Virus record (IMG/VR): IMGVR_UViG_3300001525_000272
Span: 22,184 to 86,183 of that record
Length of the DNA: 64,000 nucleotides
Source of the DNA: a virus
Taxonomy: Duplodnaviria; Caudoviricetes
Strand: one strand, 5' to 3'
A program made the position numbers and the translations under genes. The stretch's first letter is position 1. Each line of letters starts with the position of its first letter. Shown here piece after piece: positions 27,458 to 36,259 of this stretch. The notes under the pieces were generated by a model. It was not told where the DNA came from. It did not search any database and saw only the letters and a program-made list of their open reading frames with translations.

Positions 27458-29203
27458 TTACACCTTTTGTTTCTTTTCATTAACCAACCTGTGCAAATTA
27501 TACAATTTGTCGTTCGGAAAATGAATTCTATTTATAATTGAATGAATATCATACTTTTCTGGTTCATGATTAAGATGTTCTGGTTCAAGAATCTTTAAAT
27601 CTGGATCATCAACTTCATAGAAATTTCTGATTTTAGTATCATCCATTCCCACCATTTTAGATCCCCAATAAGAAAGTAAACCTGAACCACAAGCAGGAAC
27701 ACCATTCTTCATACAATTACAAGGAACACCATCAATAACTTTGGCTCTGTCACAACTAATTGCGTGACGATATGCGTGTTCTAAATGAAATTCCTTGATA
27801 AGAGCAAATTGTTCAAACTTCATAAGATCAGAAAGACCATAACATGGTTCAATTCTATTTCCGATGAGAGTTGCATATTTCATAAATTCAAGAAAAGAAC
27901 TAATGAAATACTCTGAATTATCCGGATATGTATTATGGGTTAAAACTTTGTTGAGAAAGAAATTATTGTTTGGTTCAACACTATAATTTAACATCTCAAC
28001 TTTTTCTTCTATACGTTCAATATTTTCAATAATCCATCCATTGTGTACATCCATCATAAAGTTAAGAACTTTATTCTTAACTTCATCAAGATTATCAAGT
28101 TCACTTTCTATAATAGCAAGATGGTCCCAACCAATAGATTTATATTTTCTATCTCTATCTTCGATTTCTTCTAAAGAATGGAAGAATCCAATACCACCGT
28201 AATATTCTACAACTTTCTTTTGAGATATATTGATAAAATCTGGATTCATGTGCTTTCCTTCAGCAGTCATCCAAATTTGTCCATCACCAACATATCTCAA
28301 ATCAAGATTAAGCGATTCAAACAAATCAATTAACTTTCTCTCAGCTTTACTAATCTTTTGATTAAGTTCAGCACTGTGTGGTTTACCTTTAAACCTAATA
28401 CTCGCTAATTCAGCTAAATGTCTTCTTGCATCTTTATCTATATGAGATGTTCTTTGCGCAACACCACATTCTCTATATGTATAACACATATCACCAATAG
28501 CAAGATTCTGTGCTTCAACCCAACCTTTCTTTTTAATATAAAGCGGGTGTTCCTTACTTAAAAATAGCACCTTCTTGCTATGAATAATACCTTCATCAAA
28601 TGTTAATGAAATTTTATAAGTAATATCATGTTCCGGATGATAGATATTAGTAACTATAGCTTTTTCAAATTCTTTTTTCTCAAAATTAAAAGAAAGAACC
28701 TCGTCTCCAACTTTGATATCAAGTGGTTTAACTTGTTTATTATCAAATGTTGTTATAGTGTGATCATCTTTCGGGATAAAACACCCACTTTCTGAAAGAT
28801 TGAGGAAACCACCAAGAAAATATACTTTATCATAATTATACTTGAATACTTGTTCTTCTGCAAAAGCAGCCATAATATTCAAAAATAATCCATTTCTATT
28901 ATGAACCCAAGCACAAGTAGTTTTAATATCATCCGATGTACCAGTTGTTATAGCAGCACTAGGATTAATAAGCATACTCTCACTATCAATATCTTTCATC
29001 AACTTACTAATATCAAATATCTTAAGGGGGATATCAAGTTCCTTACAGATATTAGTAATAGCAATCTTTTCTGCTGCACCAGATCTACAACCATAATCAA
29101 AATGACAAGCTATGATATTTTCATATCCTGCCAATTTTAACATTGCAAGAGTTGTAGTACTATCAAGACCACCACTACAGGAAACTAAACAAAGTTCTTT
29201 CAT
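27458..29203 (-). CDS. queC: QueC-like 7-cyano-7-deazaguanine synthase (PP-loop ATPase), intein-containing
   Basis: SCSGGLDSTT PP-loop, HFDYG, WVHNRNGLFL, ESG|intein|TYPDN, MKFEQ, Cys cluster SC..CNC..CGS. ATG 29203 overlaps the HAD stop (ATGA). Confidence 0.85.
   Translation of the reverse strand: MKELCLVSCSGGLDSTTTLAMLKLAGYENIIACHFDYGCRSGAAEKIAITNICKELDIPLKIFDISKLMKDIDSESMLINPSAAITTGTSDDIKTTCAWVHNRNGLFLNIMAAFAEEQVFKYNYDKVYFLGGFLNLSESGCFIPKDDHTITTFDNKQVKPLDIKVGDEVLSFNFEKKEFEKAIVTNIYHPEHDITYKISLTFDEGIIHSKKVLFLSKEHPLYIKKKGWVEAQNLAIGDMCYTYRECGVAQRTSHIDKDARRHLAELASIRFKGKPHSAELNQKISKAERKLIDLFESLNLDLRYVGDGQIWMTAEGKHMNPDFINISQKKVVEYYGGIGFFHSLEEIEDRDRKYKSIGWDHLAIIESELDNLDEVKNKVLNFMMDVHNGWIIENIERIEEKVEMLNYSVEPNNNFFLNKVLTHNTYPDNSEYFISSFLEFMKYATLIGNRIEPCYGLSDLMKFEQFALIKEFHLEHAYRHAISCDRAKVIDGVPCNCMKNGVPACGSGLLSYWGSKMVGMDDTKIRNFYEVDDPDLKILEPEHLNHEPEKYDIHSIINRIHFPNDKLYNLHRLVNEKKQKV
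27932..28783 (-). mobile_element. intein (284 aa) with internal NUMOD3-like + DUF559/Vsr-like endonuclease
   Basis: Block A CFIPK, IKVGDEVLSF, block B LSKEHPLY..GWVEAQNLAIGD, block F/G NYSVEPNNNFFLNKVLTHN|T. Internal KGKPHSAE, SKAERKL, PDFIN..VVEYYG..FH, RDRKY..IGW. Confidence 0.9.
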
Positions 29204-29694
29204 TCTCCACACTCCATAATTCTATATCTGCACATTACCAGAAAATCAACTATATTGATACAAAGAATCGTGGGATCTGTTTGAGTTATTTTCTCACAGA
29301 GATCACTATTGTTATCAACATAAATGATATTTTTAGAATATTTATTTTTACAATAGTTAATACATTTTATCTTAAAATTCAATTCTTCCTGATTTCCAAC
29401 TTCAGGAACTTTAAGATTTTGAGCCATTACTGGGTATGTTATTGATGCATTATTTCTTCTCAAACAATCTTCAATCAATGGAAAATCTTGAATTGGTCTT
29501 GAAGTAACAATAGTCCATTTAATATTAAATGCTGATGGATTGACTGCCAATTTAAATCCCATAAACTGAACAATGTTTGTAACATTATCGACAAATTTGG
29601 TTTGTTGAACTAATGTTCCGTCAAAATCAAATATAAAGAGAATATTATCAATGTTTTTTCTGACATTATCAGGTACTGATGGATAATCAGACAT
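29200..29694 (-). CDS. HAD-superfamily phosphatase-like protein
   Basis: FIFDFDGTLV (DxDxT), IVTSRP, IYVDNN; overlaps the GATase stop and the QueC start. Confidence 0.7.
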   Translation of the reverse strand: MSDYPSVPDNVRKNIDNILFIFDFDGTLVQQTKFVDNVTNIVQFMGFKLAVNPSAFNIKWTIVTSRPIQDFPLIEDCLRRNNASITYPVMAQNLKVPEVGNQEELNFKIKCINYCKNKYSKNIIYVDNNSDLCEKITQTDPTILCINIVDFLVMCRYRIMECGE

Positions 29695-30553
29695 TGTAAT
29701 GACCTTTCTGCTGAAGAAGTTTCTTGTTACTATCCCAAACATTAGTCATATAACGAGGACTGTATTGAATATCACTAATGAAACCACTTTGAAGATCAAT
29801 TTCATGAATGAAACCACCCGGAAGATAATTGCTATAGAAAGATTCCCAGCAACAAATTCCATTACGTTTCACATCATATTTCTCTTCAATAATCTTATCA
29901 ATCCACTGTTTGGATGATGCTGCAATCAAACCTTCACCTCTAAGATATCCAACAGCCAATGGTTTAAAATCATTGATCATGTAAAGAACATCTTTTTTAC
30001 CATCATACATTAATGCAGCAACACCACCACAAATAAATTCCATAGCATCTTTGATATTTCTACCAAACTTAAGATATGATGCTATAATTGCTTCACTATC
30101 AATATCAGTTTGATATTTATATGTTTTACCCAACTGATCTCTTATCTTATTTGAAATTGCCCCATTGTGAACAAGAACAATATCTTCCTCTTCATTAATA
30201 ATGGGTTGAAGTGTTTTATCAAGTTTAGTAGAATCAGTAGCACATTCTGTTTCTGGTGCTGCTCTACTAATCATCAATGTTACATCACCACGAGTAGGAA
30301 GCCAACTTCCATCTGGATAATTGATGATAGATCTCCAGAGATCATATTCGTCACCTTCAGTTTTTGCCAATTCCGAATACGGTTTCTCTGATTTAAAGAT
30401 ACTATATTTTTTAGTAAGATTTGGTATAGATCTTCTAATGTGAACTACACCAAATCCATTAGTTCCACGTTCTTCACTATCACGAGCCAATTTTGCTCTA
30501 ACAGCAATACTAAGACTAGAATCTCTGTCAAACATTCCTACAATACCGCACAT
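29687..30553 (-). CDS. class II (Ntn) glutamine amidotransferase
   Basis: MCGIVG with N-terminal nucleophile Cys (ATG 30553), ERGTNGFG, SRAAPETE, LVHNGAISN, DIDSEAI. Confidence 0.88.
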   Translation of the reverse strand: MCGIVGMFDRDSSLSIAVRAKLARDSEERGTNGFGVVHIRRSIPNLTKKYSIFKSEKPYSELAKTEGDEYDLWRSIINYPDGSWLPTRGDVTLMISRAAPETECATDSTKLDKTLQPIINEEEDIVLVHNGAISNKIRDQLGKTYKYQTDIDSEAIIASYLKFGRNIKDAMEFICGGVAALMYDGKKDVLYMINDFKPLAVGYLRGEGLIAASSKQWIDKIIEEKYDVKRNGICCWESFYSNYLPGGFIHEIDLQSGFISDIQYSPRYMTNVWDSNKKLLQQKGHYNV

Positions 30554-30555
30554 TA

Positions 30556-30801
30556 TCAATTCTCCTCTGTACCAAATAATTTACGAGTATGTTTTAATTC
30601 TCTTTTAACTTGTTTTGAAGTTTTTAAACCCATATACAATAATGACAAACTTGCATTTATTGCATCAAGTGAATCAATTATACTTTCATTCAATTTTTGA
30701 ATCTTTTTAATATCCAAACCATAAAGTTTGAGATATGAATTAAACTTCTTGATTTCATCATCAGTTAAAGTAATATGAGAAAGTTTCTTCTTTCCTTTCA
30801 T
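30556..30801 (-). CDS. hypothetical protein
   Basis: 81-aa ORF packed between the two GATase-like genes. Confidence 0.55.
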   Translation of the reverse strand: MKGKKKLSHITLTDDEIKKFNSYLKLYGLDIKKIQKLNESIIDSLDAINASLSLLYMGLKTSKQVKRELKHTRKLFGTEEN

Positions 30802-30802
30802 T

Positions 30803-31528
30803 TCAATAACTCCATTTTGGATTAAATTTGATCTTTCTCATTGCACCAGACTCAAGATCAGTTTCGCGAATAACTTCTTGTTCCAATGGGTGACCATACC
30901 AAGTCTCCCAAAGATTAACTGCATCCTGACTACAATCAGTAAAACTATGGATGATGTTTCTCAAACAAACCATATTTTGATGAAGCATGAATCCAATACC
31001 CTTAATATATGCATGACACATTTGAATTCCACAATGTCCATCATTTGCACTTATCAAATTCATCTTCTTTAAATCACAAGCAATAAGATTGATATCACAT
31101 TGATCACAATCTTCCAATGTTCTCTTCATATCTCTCTGATTTTTAATGTAGAGTTTATAAAGATAATCATCAGCAAATTTTTTCCAATCATTAAAACAAG
31201 AAACATTACTGCTATTATTAGTCAAGATAAATTTCTCAGTTTCATCATATACAATTTTACCATCAAAAGAAAATATGATAAGATCTCCAATCTTCATATT
31301 ATCATTATAGAATTTCTCAAAAACTTCAAAATAGTTAGTTTCTATATCATGATAACAATCACCATCAACATCAAAAATATATACAGGATCCGAACTACCC
31401 TTCTTAACAATTATTGCATCAAGATGATGTTTTCTTTTATCATCCATATATGCATTAATCATATATCGCATAAGATCTTTATAAGCAGGTACAGATTCTC
31501 TTGCGAAAAAAGCTCCAATTCCGTTCAT
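30803..31528 (-). CDS. inactive class II GATase paralog
   Basis: Starts MNGIG where the neighbour has MCGIV; C-terminal WETWY..IRETDLESG..IKFNPKW aligns with WESFY..IHEIDLQSG..IQYSPRY of 29687-30553. Confidence 0.65.
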   Translation of the reverse strand: MNGIGAFFARESVPAYKDLMRYMINAYMDDKRKHHLDAIIVKKGSSDPVYIFDVDGDCYHDIETNYFEVFEKFYNDNMKIGDLIIFSFDGKIVYDETEKFILTNNSSNVSCFNDWKKFADDYLYKLYIKNQRDMKRTLEDCDQCDINLIACDLKKMNLISANDGHCGIQMCHAYIKGIGFMLHQNMVCLRNIIHSFTDCSQDAVNLWETWYGHPLEQEVIRETDLESGAMRKIKFNPKWSY

Positions 31529-31626
31529 GATTTGATTTTCCTTTACATTTGAAATTGTTTTGAATTTAATCAATTCAACAGTTTAAGAATCTTTAAGAAA
31601 GAAAAAGACAGGATTTACCTGCCTTT

Positions 31627-31658
31627 AACTAACCCAGGTTATTAAACCTGAGTTAGTT
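31627..31658 (-). terminator. terminator-like hairpin
   Basis: 14-bp stem with one G-U pair on the minus strand; overlaps the stop of 31653-32174. Confidence 0.6.
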
Positions 31659-32174
31659 GTTGGGATCGAAGGAGAAACAATCGAACACCAACCGAATCTT
31701 CGAAAGGTTGACCTCGGTAGCACCCGTAAGCTTCATGAAGGCCCCGAGGCCTTCAATCTGCCTTTGTGTAAACGTCGGATTTCTCCTTTCTTCCTCGGCT
31801 TTCTGTTGTTCGAATTCTTGCTTCTTAACCTCTTCGGCCTTCTTTTCCTCAAAGAGTTTTTCTTTGAAGTGAGCCAAGATCCTGGCATGAAAGTTATACG
31901 TTCTTCCACCAAAATCCCGCTCTTTGGATTTTCCCATTGCACGAGCCGTCGCTAACAACTGAGCATTCGACGCCTCCAAAAAAGACGTCGTATTGGGAAA
32001 CTGGTTCATGATCCTCAGTAGCCTACTGGCGATCACACGCGAAACTGTGTGATTGTCAGCACAAGAATTGACGAACTCGCGAATTTCTTCACGAGAGATT
32101 GATCTCATCATCATTTGTTTGGTTCTTTTTTGTTGTTGACATTGACGAAAGACCACAATTAATCTTTCATTCAA
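31653..32174 (-). CDS. hypothetical protein with elevated GC (true start may be near 32114)
   Basis: Hairpins on both sides; coiled-coil EEKKAEEVKKQEFEQQ; 30/60 G+C at 31681-31740. Confidence 0.65.
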   Translation of the reverse strand: MNERLIVVFRQCQQQKRTKQMMMRSISREEIREFVNSCADNHTVSRVIASRLLRIMNQFPNTTSFLEASNAQLLATARAMGKSKERDFGGRTYNFHARILAHFKEKLFEEKKAEEVKKQEFEQQKAEEERRNPTFTQRQIEGLGAFMKLTGATEVNLSKIRLVFDCFSFDPNN

Positions 32175-32225
32175 TAATTAATATATTTAGAATTTAACTT
32201 TCTATTCCAAACAAATGATGAATCA

Positions 32226-32265
32226 AATGGGTTCTAATAGATAATTGATTCTACTAGAACCCATT
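32226..32265 (-). terminator. terminator-like hairpin after the ligase gene
   Basis: aatgggttcta/tagaacccatt stem, extended by a G-U pair and 3 more bp on the minus strand. Confidence 0.6.
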
Positions 32266-32270
32266 CAGTT

Positions 32271-33611
32271 TTAAGTATTTCTTTCAACACCATGAATAGA
32301 TTTCAGTGTCGGGAATCTAATTGATTTACCCCCGTCCTGATTTTCTGTACATTCAAAGTATTTGACAGTAACAGTTTTACCAACAATCAAAGAAGGCTGA
32401 GCTTTAAACAATCTTCTTGATTCAATTGACATACCGCTACCAATACGAACCGGATATCCTTCATAAGTTGAATTGAGTGCTGTAACAACTTCCTCAGTTT
32501 CTTCATATGAAGTACCATCCCGTCTGTATTTAATAATACGAAACGGTCCTGTTTCTATTCCAGTAATAACAAGTTCACATTCATTAAACTGTTTTACCTT
32601 AATAAGATCATTGGAACGTTTACCCTTATATACATCATTCTTTCTAAGGACTAAACCCTCCCAATCATTATCCATAGCTTCCTTTTGAAATTCATCAACA
32701 TCATTCCAAGAAGTGATAAGTCTCTGTTCAATGACATCAACATTGGGAAGTTTTCCAAAAACAGTAGTTTGAAGATTTTGAATTCTGTCACTAAATTTCG
32801 TAGTAGTAGAACCCCTATAGAAATCTTCAAGACTTAAAATATCAAAACATTTGTATTTTGGATTTTGAACAGTATGATCTTTCTTCCTAATCTCTTTCAT
32901 CATAGATTGGAAGTTTTCATTACCATTCGGTTCAACAATACAACATTCGCCATCAAGAACAACATTTCTGAGGTTAAGACTCTTCAACTGCTCTTTAATG
33001 ACATCAAGAGTAAAGTATTCTTTACCGCTTCTTGACTTAATAGTAATGTCACCATTGGCATCAATTAATGCAACGGTTCTAACACCATCAAGTTTACGAG
33101 AAGCATAAAACTGTTCTTTACTAAAATCAAGTTTCGTTCTGTTTGGATCATAGTCGCTCAATGCAACACCAAGAGAAACATTGAATTCAGAAATCAAACC
33201 CTTAAACACTTTGTTAATGATTTGAGATCCGATTCTGATTTGAATGTTTCTATCTATGACATTAAGAATAAGATCTTCAAACCGAGAATTGTTTTCAATA
33301 AACTTAACAATTGCAGCAATGGCTCTATGACCAGTTATGCTTCTATTATTAAGATCATTGAGAAGACTAATCAAAGTATCATGTTGGAGATTTTCATTTG
33401 CTATGATTTCTCTAACAGAAGAACTATCTTTTAGTTTCTTAACATTGTCTGGGGTTACCCCATACTGATACAAGTTCGTATCATATACATATTTCAACAA
33501 CTGTTGACAATCAGCAAAACTTCTTAAAGCAATCTCTTTCTCTTTACTAGAATTACTTCTATTTAGAGTAGAAACCAATTCAGAAAGACGATACAGTGAT
33601 TGATCTGTCAC
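32271..33611 (-). CDS. lig: ATP-dependent DNA ligase
   Basis: SRKLDGVR (KxDG), VLDGE, FDIL, EGLVLR, KRSNDLIKVK and a C-terminal OB fold (IRFP). GTG 33611 has a GGAG RBS. Confidence 0.93.
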   Translation of the reverse strand: MTDQSLYRLSELVSTLNRSNSSKEKEIALRSFADCQQLLKYVYDTNLYQYGVTPDNVKKLKDSSSVREIIANENLQHDTLISLLNDLNNRSITGHRAIAAIVKFIENNSRFEDLILNVIDRNIQIRIGSQIINKVFKGLISEFNVSLGVALSDYDPNRTKLDFSKEQFYASRKLDGVRTVALIDANGDITIKSRSGKEYFTLDVIKEQLKSLNLRNVVLDGECCIVEPNGNENFQSMMKEIRKKDHTVQNPKYKCFDILSLEDFYRGSTTTKFSDRIQNLQTTVFGKLPNVDVIEQRLITSWNDVDEFQKEAMDNDWEGLVLRKNDVYKGKRSNDLIKVKQFNECELVITGIETGPFRIIKYRRDGTSYEETEEVVTALNSTYEGYPVRIGSGMSIESRRLFKAQPSLIVGKTVTVKYFECTENQDGGKSIRFPTLKSIHGVERNT

Positions 33612-33658
33612 TTTCTTTACTCCATTTTTGATCAGAAGAAAAGAGAGGTGGTTTTCTT

Positions 33659-33832
33659 TTACCACCTCTCCTCTTCATCACGATTTCTTCTTTTTCCATC
33701 GAACTTATCTTTTTTAAATTTCTTACCTTTTCTTATAGGTCGGAAACCACCGCGATTTCCTCTATTATAAGAATCTTCATCATAATTACGATAATCCTCA
33801 TTGGGATCAAATCGCCAATCTTTTTTACTCAT
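33659..33832 (-). CDS. 57-aa charged, low-complexity protein (not in the ORF track)
   Basis: MSKKDWRFDPNEDYRNYDEDSYNRGNRGGFRPIRKGKKFKKDKFDGKRRNRDEEERW*; fills the gap before the ligase gene. Confidence 0.65.
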   Translation of the reverse strand: MSKKDWRFDPNEDYRNYDEDSYNRGNRGGFRPIRKGKKFKKDKFDGKRRNRDEEERW

Positions 33833-33851
33833 TGTTCTTTATTAGTTTGAT

Positions 33852-34223
33852 TTAGTGGTGTATGAATATCCCATTATTTGAATTAATGGTATTAATGAAT
33901 TTTCCTTTAGTTCTTTTCTCTTTCCTACTAATCAATGAGTTTTCATCAATACTATTCTTTTGATTATTTTGGCAATAAGAACATTCAATTAATCTTGAAA
34001 GTAATCTGGCTTTTTCTAAACTTCTATTTAATTCTTTAATATGATCATCAGCTGTTCTATATAAAGTATTGATAGCCATACTATCACTATCAACAAACTT
34101 CATATTATCAGAAGAACATACACAGTCTGTAACAACATCAAACTTTTTAATTTTATGTTTTGATGTTTCTTTCTTTGTCTTTACCAGAATCATTGTTTGA
34201 TTTCCTTCAGTATAAGACCCCAT
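33852..34223 (-). CDS. hypothetical protein
   Basis: ORF within a tightly packed operon. Confidence 0.5.
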   Translation of the reverse strand: MGSYTEGNQTMILVKTKKETSKHKIKKFDVVTDCVCSSDNMKFVDSDSMAINTLYRTADDHIKELNRSLEKARLLSRLIECSYCQNNQKNSIDENSLISRKEKRTKGKFINTINSNNGIFIHH

Positions 34224-34909
34224 TCACGATTGTTAAGATTGTTTTTAAGTCTTTCTGGAATTGATTTCTTAATATTTTGCCAGTACTTCTTTTCTTCTTC
34301 AAGTCTCTTTATATAACACTTGAGTAAAAAGTATCTGATACCATAAATCAAATCACCTGCTGCAACAGAAACGAGTTTTTCAAAAACTCTAATTGAATCT
34401 ATCTTCTCATGATTATCAAGTAGTCTTTTAAACTCATCATCAGATGCAATCTTTATAGATTTCCAATTACTGGATATATTACCATATTTATCAGTTAAAG
34501 TATAACTTCTGTAACTTCCTCTTTCTTGCTTATGTATCTCATTGTTATACTTCACAATAGTCATATCCATGATTCTAACAGAAAAGTTAAACGTTTTCTT
34601 ATTAGAAAGAAATTCTAACAAAACGCCATATCTTCCATTATCATCAATTATGATTTCATAATCTTTAACCTTCCTCTTTTGTGTTTCTATATAAGAAGGT
34701 ATTCTAATATACATATCAGAAGAATCAACACATTGAAGGATCATTCCGCTCAACGTATTATCTTTTAAACTATTTTTCAAACTAGTTATCAAACCCTTTG
34801 CTATATAGTTATTCAAAATCGATTCTGAAGGATTTGAGAATTCAGATAACAGAAGTTTACTGTTATTATGAATTGAAAGCTTTTTAATTTCGTCTTGTTC
34901 CATATTCAA
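34190..34909 (-). CDS. hypothetical protein
   Basis: 239-aa ORF; ATGA overlap with the upstream gene. Confidence 0.65.
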   Translation of the reverse strand: MNMEQDEIKKLSIHNNSKLLLSEFSNPSESILNNYIAKGLITSLKNSLKDNTLSGMILQCVDSSDMYIRIPSYIETQKRKVKDYEIIIDDNGRYGVLLEFLSNKKTFNFSVRIMDMTIVKYNNEIHKQERGSYRSYTLTDKYGNISSNWKSIKIASDDEFKRLLDNHEKIDSIRVFEKLVSVAAGDLIYGIRYFLLKCYIKRLEEEKKYWQNIKKSIPERLKNNLNNREWGLILKEIKQ

Positions 34910-35406
34910 AATTCCATTTCTTTTAGAGGGATGAAACTAAGTTTTTCACTATTTCCAGCTTCTATAAGATCTGAGTAATGTATATAATCTTCTTCTTTTA
35001 ATATTTCAAAACCCTTTTTATTTCTAAGTATGTATCTATAATATCTGGTTGTATTATTGATTGTTACAGATAGAACCATAAAACCACAGCTATCATAAAG
35101 TTTTGGTAATACATCGATAGTAAAAATGGGTTTAACCTTTTCTTTTATCTTATTGAGCGCAAACAATATTTCACTATTGTAAAAGATACTTAGTAAATTA
35201 TTACTCCCAATCCAACCATCACTATAATGTATAAAACATTTTTCAACACAAGTGACAATATTGACAAAAAACTTATTTATTGTTTCATTACTATATTCTT
35301 TATCTTCAATTTCTGTATTCAGTAATATCTTGTATAGTTCAAGAAAACGCAATCTTGATCTATAATCTGTTAAAGCCAAAGTTTCTTCTAACGAATAAAC
35401 TTTCAT
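34906..35406 (-). CDS. hypothetical protein
   Basis: 166-aa ORF with ATGA overlaps on both sides. Confidence 0.65.
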   Translation of the reverse strand: MKVYSLEETLALTDYRSRLRFLELYKILLNTEIEDKEYSNETINKFFVNIVTCVEKCFIHYSDGWIGSNNLLSIFYNSEILFALNKIKEKVKPIFTIDVLPKLYDSCGFMVLSVTINNTTRYYRYILRNKKGFEILKEEDYIHYSDLIEAGNSEKLSFIPLKEMEF

Positions 35407-35852
35407 TTTTCTTTTTGTTTTTCTTTAAAGTGTTCTAGTGTGATTTTTAAAATGATATTTCTCAATAAAACATCATTAGTCAATAAACCAACTTGATTGA
35501 ATTTTTCTTTGATTATATTTGTATAATGTTTAAAATCTTCTTCTAAATTCGTTTCTTTTATGAGAGTATTATATGCAGATTCTATATCAGAATTAGTTAA
35601 CGATTCAATTACAGAATTACCATAATGTAACTCTTCAGTTAACTTCTTTGCTTTTTCCGCACACTCTTCACATTCTTCTTGTGCTGCCTCATTATCGGTT
35701 TCATTATAATAGATATTACAAATTCTAACACCCTCTATACCATACAATTTATCCATTTCTTGGAATACTTTTTTCTGTATATCAGACTTGAGTTCTGATT
35801 CAAATTTATCTTCTAATTCAAAAATCTTCTCAACTAAATCATTCTTATTCAT
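35403..35852 (-). CDS. hypothetical acidic protein
   Basis: 149-aa ORF in the operon. Confidence 0.6.
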   Translation of the reverse strand: MNKNDLVEKIFELEDKFESELKSDIQKKVFQEMDKLYGIEGVRICNIYYNETDNEAAQEECEECAEKAKKLTEELHYGNSVIESLTNSDIESAYNTLIKETNLEEDFKHYTNIIKEKFNQVGLLTNDVLLRNIILKITLEHFKEKQKEK

Positions 35853-35854
35853 AG

Positions 35855-36259
35855 TTATCTTCCAGTACTTACAAGTTTAAAAATCATTTCTTTTAATTTC
35901 TTTTCTCTCTTCAAATTATCAATTTCATCTATCAAATCAGATTGTTTAAATTCATTCAATTGAATTGATAAGATATTACCATTATACATGTACAAATGAA
36001 CAGAGTTGTCTTCCATTCTTATTTGATGAACACCTCGTTCATTTTTATTACCCAATGTATATATCTTAATTGTTGATCCATCTTCAATTTTTACATCTGG
36101 ATCATTTTCCTTAAATCTAATTGTTATCAACTCATAAAGCTTATCCATTAATTGAAATACTGTTATCTTAATGAATTTCTTATTAATTGGATTTTCAAAC
36201 AATTGAGAAGATAAATCAACATCAGATTCTTTTTCTTTAATTCTATAGAAAATTTTCAT
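35855..36259 (-). CDS. hypothetical protein
   Basis: 134-aa ORF; ATGA overlap with the PolB-like gene. Confidence 0.6.
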   Translation of the reverse strand: MKIFYRIKEKESDVDLSSQLFENPINKKFIKITVFQLMDKLYELITIRFKENDPDVKIEDGSTIKIYTLGNKNERGVHQIRMEDNSVHLYMYNGNILSIQLNEFKQSDLIDEIDNLKREKKLKEMIFKLVSTGR

